Of a DNA stretch of 28,282 nt, positions 1 to 6,997 are shown one piece after another. A program made the translations under genes and the position numbers. This DNA comes from a virus (lineage: Duplodnaviria > Caudoviricetes), in IMG/VR virus record IMGVR_UViG_3300022690_000579, positions 1 through 28,282 of that record; one strand, written 5' to 3'. The stretch's first letter is position 1. Every line of letters begins with the position of its first letter. Under the pieces are notes generated by a model, which saw only the letters and a list, made by a program, of their open reading frames with translations, made no database searches and was not told the DNA's origin.

Positions 1-244
1 TGATGGGGGGTATAGGCATCCTGAGAAGGTACCATCTAGTGAAATCCTGAGGGGATATCAATCATAACATATATTTGACTTTTAATTTTAACTAAAATGG
101 TCCCCTTGGGACTCCTATTTAAAGGATAGTATAAAATTTTATAAGAATTAGAATTTTTGAAAAAGGCGAATAGAAGGCGAAGGTCTCATCCTTCGACGGA
201 AAAGTGGACCTAAACTGTTGAAAAGAGAGAAGTTAAGAAAAGAC

Positions 245-274
245 TTGACAAGGAGCTGGGTTCCGTGCTAAGAT
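245..274 (+). promoter_or_regulatory. sigma70-type promoter (-35 TTGACA, extended -10 TGcTAAGAT)
   Basis: Perfect TTGACA at 245-250, 18-bp spacer, TAAGAT at 269-274 preceded by TGn, A-rich upstream sequence; lies just before the first ORF of the operon. Confidence 0.7.
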
Positions 275-308
275 CCGTTTTACGGTGGGGTCCATCAAGA
301 AAGAGATT

Positions 309-521
309 ATGACTGATGGATTATACCAGGTTACTACATCCTATTTATGTGCAGGATTTGTAATTCAAGATAATGAAGTAATTAAATGCGCTCCTATCCT
401 AAAGAGAAAATTATCCTATTGGAAAACAATTGCAATTAGGATCCCTAGAGGAAGTGCTGGTGAGACCCCAGCTTGTATGTTCGGTAAGCCATGGCATAGC
501 CGGCATTCTGAAGGGGAATAA
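309..521 (+). CDS. Small phage hypothetical protein
   Basis: ORF 285..521; ATG at 309 preferred over GTG at 285. Sequence MTDGLYQVTTSYLCAGFVIQDNEVIKCAPIL...; the 3' third overlaps a GC-rich structured element. Confidence 0.6.
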   Translation: MTDGLYQVTTSYLCAGFVIQDNEVIKCAPILKRKLSYWKTIAIRIPRGSAGETPACMFGKPWHSRHSEGE

Positions 522-536
522 ATGCCCCGGCTTCCT
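449..536 (+). ncRNA. Candidate multi-branch structured RNA element
   Basis: Closing stem aggaagt(449-455)/gcttcct(530-536) encloses three arms: gctgg/ccagc, atgttcggt/gccggcat (bulged) and gggg/cccc. Locally GC-rich against an AT-rich background. Confidence 0.35.
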
Positions 537-565
537 TAACTATTAAATTCAGAATCAAAAGAGTA

Positions 566-1117
566 ATGGCAATCGGAATAGTCAGCGAAAGTGATTTTGA
601 TGATGAATTATCTAATTCCGGTGAAGGTGAATCTGCGTCTGCACGAATTGAAGATCTTAAAATTGGTAGAGGCGGAAAAAGTGCAACTCCTGAATCTTTA
701 CGAAAAATTATTAGTGAAACCGCTATTCAAGAAGGAAATCCAGCCGCGCAAGAACTAATAAAATCCATAGGAGGGGATATATCCCAATCTTCTATTTCAG
801 CTTATAAGAATAGTGCAACTTCCACGGCAACCTACCATGAGCCCAATTCTGGGTTAGAAAATCATAACGAAAAGACACATAGAGAAATAGCAGCAAAGTC
901 TCGAAAGATACTTCTCGATGCTATGGAATCTATTACTCCTGAAAAGTTAGAAGCTGCTAAGGTGCGTGATGCATCTGGTGTGGCTAAGGATATGTCTGGT
1001 ATTATTAAGGATATGGAACCTTCTGTCGAGAAGGATGTGGAAAGAGTCCAGTTCGTTCTATTAGTGCCTCCTTTGAGAAAAGAAGAATCATTTGAAGTTA
1101 TTGATGTTAAGGAATAA
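566..1117 (+). CDS. Putative terminase small subunit
   Basis: 183 aa, first substantial gene upstream of terL. N-terminal HTH-like segment (ISQSSISAYK), long central helices and a C-terminal beta strand (VQFVLLVP) match the usual TerS layout. Inferred from position and architecture. Confidence 0.55.
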   Translation: MAIGIVSESDFDDELSNSGEGESASARIEDLKIGRGGKSATPESLRKIISETAIQEGNPAAQELIKSIGGDISQSSISAYKNSATSTATYHEPNSGLENHNEKTHREIAAKSRKILLDAMESITPEKLEAAKVRDASGVAKDMSGIIKDMEPSVEKDVERVQFVLLVPPLRKEESFEVIDVKE

Positions 1118-1120
1118 ATC

Positions 1121-1753
1121 ATGATAAGAAGAACTGCATTGAAATTACTCGGTGGAATTCCTTTTCTTTCTTTTCTTAAAGAGAATGAATTAGAGTGGGA
1201 TCATAAGGAAACTAATTGGACTCTTGAGGATAATGAACCCTATAGATATTATTTTGGTGGCTTTGCTACAGGCAAGACTACGCGATTGGTTAATGATGCT
1301 GTTAATTGGTTGATGATGAATCCAGGGACCAATGGATTGTTTGTTGTGAATCATTTTGGCCAAATAAAACATTCTATATTAGATATTCTTAGGAAAAATT
1401 GGCCAGATAATTCTATCTTCTCTCATCATTCCAGAACATTAAATCTTCCAAATAAATCATCTTTAAGATTTACTCCTCAAGATCTGATAGCTTCAGATTT
1501 ATATAGTATGTATGATGCATTATGGACTGATCAGATAACTACTGAAAAGAGAAAACTTATTCAAAATACTCCATATTATACGCGAGTCCAGCATGTAATC
1601 TCAATGAATGAGGCTCATAATCTTCATGATAGATTGGGGCTGAAACCGATTCTAATTAGCAATAAAGCTTACGCATCATATGATAATCTTATGATGCTAG
1701 AAAAATCCGTCCGCGATAAGTTGGCCGTTCCAAAGTTGTGGGGATTCAGATAA
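1121..1753 (+). CDS. Truncated terminase-large-subunit-like ATPase domain (probably catalytically degenerate)
   Basis: Walker A YFGGFATGKT, TerL-like NPGTNGLFVV and LNLPNKSSLRF segments, Walker B-like YDALWTDQ (Q in place of E). No nuclease domain. N-terminus MIRRTALKLLGG. Confidence 0.65.
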   Translation: MIRRTALKLLGGIPFLSFLKENELEWDHKETNWTLEDNEPYRYYFGGFATGKTTRLVNDAVNWLMMNPGTNGLFVVNHFGQIKHSILDILRKNWPDNSIFSHHSRTLNLPNKSSLRFTPQDLIASDLYSMYDALWTDQITTEKRKLIQNTPYYTRVQHVISMNEAHNLHDRLGLKPILISNKAYASYDNLMMLEKSVRDKLAVPKLWGFR

Positions 1754-1763
1754 GGAATAAATC

Positions 1764-2141
1764 ATGCCTTTATGGAATAATACAGATTATGTCACGTCAC
1801 TTTCTAGACATAGTGGTCTAGTTGAAGTCATTACTGCTACGGTCATGTCTGATGCTGAAGCTACTCAAGCTGTAGCTTTACCTCCAACACCAGATGGACA
1901 AGGATTAGATATAGCATTTGAAGTTCGTTTTGCCTCGAATCCCCCAGGAACTGTGGATTACAGATTACAAGTAGCACTTAATAATGTAGCTGCTGAGTTT
2001 CAAGATGTTTCTCCTTTTATGACTACTTCCGAAACTGCTGGAGATATCATAGCTATAGGTGATATAGTAGGTAGGTTCGCGCGTGTATTAGCTTCTGATG
2101 CTGATTCTGTAGCAGTGACTATCACAATTATGGTTCAATAA
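1764..2141 (+). CDS. Hypothetical beta-rich protein, possibly virion-associated
   Basis: 125 aa, Ala/Val/Thr-rich with alternating beta pattern; SD aaggaa upstream. Confidence 0.6.
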   Translation: MPLWNNTDYVTSLSRHSGLVEVITATVMSDAEATQAVALPPTPDGQGLDIAFEVRFASNPPGTVDYRLQVALNNVAAEFQDVSPFMTTSETAGDIIAIGDIVGRFARVLASDADSVAVTITIMVQ

Positions 2142-2142
2142 T

Positions 2143-2304
2143 ATGACTGATGCATTACCAGAAGATATTCCTGTTCAGATTAATCAGGGTGACCTTAATG
2201 AACAAATAGGTTCTATGGTTATACAGGTAGTAATTGAACAGAAAAGGAATAAACAGTTACAAGAAATCATTAAAGATTTGCGTTCTCAATTAGAAAAGAA
2301 GTAA
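2143..2304 (+). CDS. Small coiled-coil protein (53 aa; not in ORF track)
   Basis: MTDALPEDIPVQINQGDLNEQIGSMVIQVVIEQKRNKQLQEIIKDLRSQLEKK exactly fills the gap between flanking genes. Confidence 0.65.
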   Translation: MTDALPEDIPVQINQGDLNEQIGSMVIQVVIEQKRNKQLQEIIKDLRSQLEKK

Positions 2305-2305
2305 T

Positions 2306-3319
2306 ATGGCTTATATAATTGGAAGTAGATCAGGCGCTACGACCTTTAGTGGTGATATCACTATGGGGGCGGGGACTCGTATTCTATTTGATAATTTAGA
2401 AGGTTCGGCAGCACTTCCTGCTATTGCCTGGGCTGATGCTGGTGGTGTGTATGATACAGGGATTTATCAAAATGCAACTGATGAACTAGATTTTACGATG
2501 GCGGGGGTCGTGCAGTTCAATATGAACGCTGCCTCGTTTGTAATACAGCAAGGTAATAATTTAGCTTTTGATACAGCAACTGGCGTAGGAGATGCATTTA
2601 TAGAAATAGACGCCGCCAACATTATAGCACAACGAAACTCCACCAATGCCCAGGAATTTAGAATATATGGTACCTTTACGGATTCATCTAATGGAGAATG
2701 GTTACGTCTTGGTCATGATGGTAGCACAGGTATTATTGATGTTCAGGCTAATGGAACAGGAGGATTTGGTAATCTTAATATTCGAGTTAATAATGGAACT
2801 AGATGGATATTCAATACAAATGCTCATTTTATAGCAAGTACAGATAATTCTAGTGATATTGGAATAAATCAGTCAAATCGGCCCCGCACTGGATACTTTG
2901 GAACATCAGTGAATGTTCCCTCAGCGGATTTAATTAATAATACTGAAGGTGGAACAGCTAAATGGACCCCAAAGTCTTCCCATGATTCCGTTACTCTTAC
3001 AGGTGCTACCACAGATACTACTACTATCTCAGTTCCATCCGGTGCACGTCTAATTGCTGTCCTCCTAAATGTAGATACTACTGTAGTAAATGATGGTGAT
3101 GATACATGGGCGGCGGCGTTCATTACAGGTTCAACCACTACAGTGGCCGCGGCAGGAACAGCAGCGGCACAGAATACTAAGATTACTCTTATGCTTCCAG
3201 ATGAGATTACTACTGCTATAACCCAGATTAGATTTACTCCACAAGGTGCAGATTTCACTGCTGGAGTAATTGAAGTAGTTGTATATTACGAAGAACTCAC
3301 ACCGATGGCTGATGCATAG
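2306..3319 (+). CDS. Fibre/spike-like virion protein (putative receptor-binding or head fibre)
   Basis: 337 aa, G/T/N/A-rich. Motifs GSAALPAIAW...DTGIY and STDNSSDIG..SNRPRTGYF are typical of phage fibre shafts; C-terminal beta-sandwich-like domain. Confidence 0.65.
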   Translation: MAYIIGSRSGATTFSGDITMGAGTRILFDNLEGSAALPAIAWADAGGVYDTGIYQNATDELDFTMAGVVQFNMNAASFVIQQGNNLAFDTATGVGDAFIEIDAANIIAQRNSTNAQEFRIYGTFTDSSNGEWLRLGHDGSTGIIDVQANGTGGFGNLNIRVNNGTRWIFNTNAHFIASTDNSSDIGINQSNRPRTGYFGTSVNVPSADLINNTEGGTAKWTPKSSHDSVTLTGATTDTTTISVPSGARLIAVLLNVDTTVVNDGDDTWAAAFITGSTTTVAAAGTAAAQNTKITLMLPDEITTAITQIRFTPQGADFTAGVIEVVVYYEELTPMADA

Positions 3320-3328
3320 GAGAAATCA

Positions 3329-3622
3329 ATGGCGGATTTTACAGTTGAATTGAATCGTAACCAGAACGATGCTGTGTCGGTAACAGTAAATAAAACATCT
3401 CCGAATGGACTTGCATTTACTTTCGCGTTCGATCAAAATAATGCAGAACTAGTGAGCAGCGGACAATCACCCTTATCAGATGAACCTACATATCTTAGAG
3501 ATTTATTAGTTGGTATTCTTCAGTCGTGGCGTAGTCAACAATTAAATGAAGGTGTGAGTGAAGCATATAAGAATGCAGATGAATCTACTAAGGCTACTGT
3601 TCGATCTACTCTAGGTCTTTAG
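3329..3622 (+). CDS. Hypothetical protein (possible fibre chaperone)
   Basis: 97 aa with strong SD aggaga, directly after the fibre-like gene. Confidence 0.55.
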   Translation: MADFTVELNRNQNDAVSVTVNKTSPNGLAFTFAFDQNNAELVSSGQSPLSDEPTYLRDLLVGILQSWRSQQLNEGVSEAYKNADESTKATVRSTLGL

Positions 3623-3623
3623 G

Positions 3624-3911
3624 ATGCCTGATGCTTCCATACTAGAACCTTTAGGATCACTGATAGGTATGGTGATCATAGTCTGGTTTTTTCTGAATCA
3701 TATTACCAAAGAAGGAAAAACACATACTGAACATCTTAAAGAAATAAGCACAACTAATCGTGCCGAATCACAATCGCGTAAGGACGAGATGATGAAACAT
3801 CTTGATAAAAATACAGAAGTCATTAGCGAGAATACAAAACAATCAGGTGAAACTTCTACAGTATTGGGTCAAACTAATGATATCCTAAGAAGAATTCATG
3901 ATGGGAAGTAA
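3624..3911 (+). CDS. Holin-like single-pass membrane protein
   Basis: N-terminal hydrophobic helix LGSLIGMVIIVWFFL followed by a charged coiled-coil tail, a BhlA/UviB-like layout. Confidence 0.5.
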   Translation: MPDASILEPLGSLIGMVIIVWFFLNHITKEGKTHTEHLKEISTTNRAESQSRKDEMMKHLDKNTEVISENTKQSGETSTVLGQTNDILRRIHDGK

Positions 3912-4081
3912 TGATGAAAAGAAATGATGAAAAGAAGACCAAACAATTAATGCAGGCTGAAAGGTATATCCATTCAGTAGAACCAAATTTTGATAATTGG
4001 ACTACAGCTGTTGATATTAAAAAGCTCATACGAGATGCTTACATAGCTGGTCAGAATGAAATAGATGTCTCCAAACAATAA
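3911..4081 (+). CDS. Small hypothetical protein (56 aa; not in ORF track)
   Basis: TAATG-coupled to the upstream gene; MMKRNDEKKTKQLMQAERYIHSVEPNFDNWTTAVDIKKLIRDAYIAGQNEIDVSKQ; overlaps the terL start. Confidence 0.55.
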   Translation: MMKRNDEKKTKQLMQAERYIHSVEPNFDNWTTAVDIKKLIRDAYIAGQNEIDVSKQ

Positions 4082-5708
4082 CGAGTGGCGCCCCACAAAA
4101 AAGCAATCTCTATTTCTATCTATTCCTTTATCTGTAAAAGAAGCATTCTATGCAGGTGCTCTTCATGCTGGTAAGACAGATGTCCTTCTTCTATATCCTA
4201 TACTGAGAAGATGGCATGAGAATTCGGAATTCAAAGCTATATTTCTTCGTAGAACTTTTCCAGAGCTTAAAAATGAGGTCATACCACGTTCAAAGAAATT
4301 ATTTAGGATGGTTGGGGGAAAGTATAATCAGAATGATAAGGTATGGGAATTCAACACGGGCCTTAATCATTCTAAAAGTCCACAGGGATCCGGGGCTTTA
4401 TTCTTTTTCTGTCACTGTGAAAACGAAGATGATGTTCATAACTATGATTCAATGCAGCCTAATTACGCTGCCTTCGATGAGTTAACATCTTTTACTGGAT
4501 GGCAATACATTTATATAACAATAGAAAGAGTTAGGGCAAAATTAGGATCATCTTTACCCCAGATTGTTAGAAGTGCAAGTAATCCTGGTAATACAGGACA
4601 TAATTGGGTTAGAAAAAGATTTATTGATCCTTACCCTGAAGGGGGGAAAATTATACGTGATCCATCAGGTTCTAAGAGAATTTTCATCCCCGCGACGATT
4701 TATGATAATCCCCATACGGATCCTAATTATCTTAGAAATTTAGAATCATTACCAGAAGCAGAGAAGCAAGCCAAGCTCTATGGTAATTGGGATGCGTATG
4801 AAGGATCAGTGTTTGATGAATTTAGAGACAGAAAGTATCCTGATGAACCTGACAATGCATTACACGTAATAGATTCATTTGATATACCGGAATGGTGGCC
4901 CAAAATTGTTGTAGGGGATTGGGGAATGCGTGCCATGACCTGGGTGGGTTATCTAGCCATTTCCCCAGAAAGGCGAGTCTACCTTTATAGGGAGCAGACT
5001 TGGAGAGGTTGGAAGATTGAGGAGTGGACTCCTTATGTTAAACAATTCATTGATAAGGAGAATCCTCGTTCAGTTATATTTTGCCAATCGGCAGGTCAAG
5101 ATAGAGGTCAGGAACATACTATTCAACAACAGATATCATCTGCTTTAGGGTGGCCAGTTGAACTAAGTCGTAATTCTACTGGTTCGCGTATAGCTGGTAA
5201 AAATCTTCTTCATGAGTATCTTAGATGGAGACCAAAGCATGTTATCTCTGTTGAAGCCAATAAATATGATGAAGATCATGCAATGTGGATATTCCGTAAT
5301 CGTTCTATGGAGGAATATAATTCTTATTTACGTTCATTTACTCCGTCTGAGCCTGAAGTGAACCTTCCCAAATTGCAGATATTCAAGGATTGTAATGAAG
5401 AACTTAGAGTTCCTGAAATTGTAAATGCCATTAAAGCATGTGTATATGTAAAGGATAAGGATGGTAAACAGAAGGAAGATGTTGCAGAATTTAATGGTGA
5501 TGATGCTTATGATGGTATTCGTATGGGATTAGATGGTGTTGAAAGATTCTTTTCTGAATCAGAAGGTGAATTCATTAAGGTTCAGAGGCAAGAAGAATTA
5601 ATTCAGAAGTTGAGTTCTACTGGTAATTGGACCGCGTTCTATAGAAATATGGAGAAAGTTGAAGCGAAATCTGGGGGAATACGGCCTGTATCGAGGTATC
5701 ATCATTGA
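4065..5708 (+). CDS. terL: Terminase large subunit
   Basis: 547 aa. Adenine-binding PTKKQ, Walker A AGALHAGKT, LRRTFPEL, Walker B YAAFDE, motif III ASNPG, ATIYDNPH, LYGNWD, RNase H-like nuclease VVGDWG ... DDAYDGIR. Confidence 0.95.
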   Translation: MSPNNNEWRPTKKQSLFLSIPLSVKEAFYAGALHAGKTDVLLLYPILRRWHENSEFKAIFLRRTFPELKNEVIPRSKKLFRMVGGKYNQNDKVWEFNTGLNHSKSPQGSGALFFFCHCENEDDVHNYDSMQPNYAAFDELTSFTGWQYIYITIERVRAKLGSSLPQIVRSASNPGNTGHNWVRKRFIDPYPEGGKIIRDPSGSKRIFIPATIYDNPHTDPNYLRNLESLPEAEKQAKLYGNWDAYEGSVFDEFRDRKYPDEPDNALHVIDSFDIPEWWPKIVVGDWGMRAMTWVGYLAISPERRVYLYREQTWRGWKIEEWTPYVKQFIDKENPRSVIFCQSAGQDRGQEHTIQQQISSALGWPVELSRNSTGSRIAGKNLLHEYLRWRPKHVISVEANKYDEDHAMWIFRNRSMEEYNSYLRSFTPSEPEVNLPKLQIFKDCNEELRVPEIVNAIKACVYVKDKDGKQKEDVAEFNGDDAYDGIRMGLDGVERFFSESEGEFIKVQRQEELIQKLSSTGNWTAFYRNMEKVEAKSGGIRPVSRYHH

Positions 5709-5724
5709 TTGAAGAGGAAAAGAA

Positions 5725-5880
5725 ATGCCAAGATTAGATAAAGTTCCAGACTGGGATCTTCCAAAACCTCTTAGTGAAAGAGTTATGAGAATCCCCCTTG
5801 AGATCAGAAAGTCTGAAAGAGATAAGATCTTCGAGGATATAGATATGAATAAAATACCTATAATTGGTGAAAGAGAATGA
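5725..5880 (+). CDS. Small hypothetical protein (51 aa; not in ORF track)
   Basis: SD gagga; MPRLDKVPDWDLPKPLSERVMRIPLEIRKSERDKIFEDIDMNKIPIIGERE; ATGA overlap with the next gene. Confidence 0.55.
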   Translation: MPRLDKVPDWDLPKPLSERVMRIPLEIRKSERDKIFEDIDMNKIPIIGERE

Positions 5881-6227
5881 TTAAATTCTTTCATAGATTA
5901 CTAAATCCACACTGCGATCACTGCATAGAAGAGGCACGTGAGAGTAAAATTTGCCCAACATGCGAAGTTTATAGATCGCAATTGGAATTGGCTAATCATG
6001 AGAAGAAGCTCCTATTAGAGACTATAGAGAAGATAAATAATCCTATTATAGAAGAGAAGGAATTTCCACATACCGAGCCTATTCAATCTAGGACTACTCC
6101 TTGGCCTATCCAAAGGAAAATTTTGGAGAGAGAAGATAGAATAGCTGCTAAATTAACTAGGGATAAAGAAGCTGAACTTAAATCTAAGAAAATTGAAGAA
6201 TTAGAAAAGGAAGTTGGAATTGGGTAA
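5877..6227 (+). CDS. Zinc-binding coiled-coil hypothetical protein
   Basis: 116 aa with CDHC and CPTC pairs followed by a charged helical region. Confidence 0.65.
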   Translation: MIKFFHRLLNPHCDHCIEEARESKICPTCEVYRSQLELANHEKKLLLETIEKINNPIIEEKEFPHTEPIQSRTTPWPIQRKILEREDRIAAKLTRDKEAELKSKKIEELEKEVGIG

Positions 6228-6324
6228 AGGACCTAGGAAGAAGAAGGATAAGTTGAATATAGCTGTAATTGTTCCAGAAAAGGATAGAATACTGAAAAAG
6301 AGGAAAGATGCCAGCAAAAAGTAA
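6220..6324 (+). CDS. Possible small basic peptide (34 aa, TTG start)
   Basis: MGKGPRKKKDKLNIAVIVPEKDRILKKRKDASKK; SD aaggaag upstream; fills the gap between neighbours. Confidence 0.35.
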   Translation: MGKGPRKKKDKLNIAVIVPEKDRILKKRKDASKK

Positions 6325-6475
6325 GAAACAATATAATTACATGCAGATGATGGCTCATTCTCCTGGTAAGGCTCGTAAAATGGGTGGTCCATCTAAGGAA
6401 GTAGCTAGAGAAATGGTGATGAAGACTCCTAAGAAGAAGAGAAAGATGGGAGATAATCCTGGTCATTCTTATTAG
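6308..6475 (+). CDS. Small basic phage protein of the MPAKSKKQ type (55 aa; not in ORF track)
   Basis: SD gagga; MPAKSKKQYNYMQMMAHSPGKARKMGGPSKEVAREMVMKTPKKKRKMGDNPGHSY resembles small basic proteins often seen near phage head genes. Confidence 0.65.
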   Translation: MPAKSKKQYNYMQMMAHSPGKARKMGGPSKEVAREMVMKTPKKKRKMGDNPGHSY

Positions 6476-6482
6476 ATGAATC

Positions 6483-6740
6483 ATGAATCCAATGACAATA
6501 GATAAAACAGCTGAGGCTCTGTGGGATTTATTAGATGATATTGATACTGCTAGTGATATGTTCAAACCATCTAATGAAATTGGATATCGCAAGTTTTATA
6601 ATTATACAATGAGGAAAGTTGCAAAGCGACATGAATTATTGAAAAGTAATGGTTACGCATTATTTTTACCTGGAGATATTCCAAAACGTTCTTCTAAATC
6701 AGATCGTGATTCACCTATGAAAAGAAATGCCTCATCATAG
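6483..6740 (+). CDS. Hypothetical protein
   Basis: 85 aa ORF in operon orientation (LWDLLDDIDTASDMFKP). Confidence 0.6.
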   Translation: MNPMTIDKTAEALWDLLDDIDTASDMFKPSNEIGYRKFYNYTMRKVAKRHELLKSNGYALFLPGDIPKRSSKSDRDSPMKRNASS

Positions 6741-6912
6741 ATTCTGGACTCAAAAGAAGGAAGATGCGGCTAAAAGAAAAAGGATGGCTGGTCCATCCGA
6801 AGAAGTTGAAGAAGAGATAACTAAGAAAAAGGGAAAGAGAGATTACTCTATCTTAGGTAAAATCTTTAAAGGGTTTAAGAAAGTTAGGGAATTGGGGAAA
6901 AAAGGTAAGTAG
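6727..6912 (+). CDS. Small Lys-rich basic protein
   Basis: 61 aa, strongly K/R-rich, overlapping the upstream stop. Confidence 0.55.
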   Translation: MPHHRFWTQKKEDAAKRKRMAGPSEEVEEEITKKKGKRDYSILGKIFKGFKKVRELGKKGK

Positions 6913-6922
6913 GGAGATTAAT

Positions 6923-6997
6923 ATGATGTTTTTTGCTGGATTTCTTCTTGCAGTCGTAATATGTATACTGATTCAACTTCTTCCAGATAATGTCTGA
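6923..6997 (+). CDS. Possible 24-aa single-TM micropeptide
   Basis: SD agggag; MMFFAGFLLAVVICILIQLLPDNV; overlaps the portal start codon. Confidence 0.4.
   Translation: MMFFAGFLLAVVICILIQLLPDNV

Noticed and set aside
449-536. tRNA gene
   Set aside because: No TTCRA T-loop, no canonical anticodon arm and no CCA end; kept only as a generic structured element.
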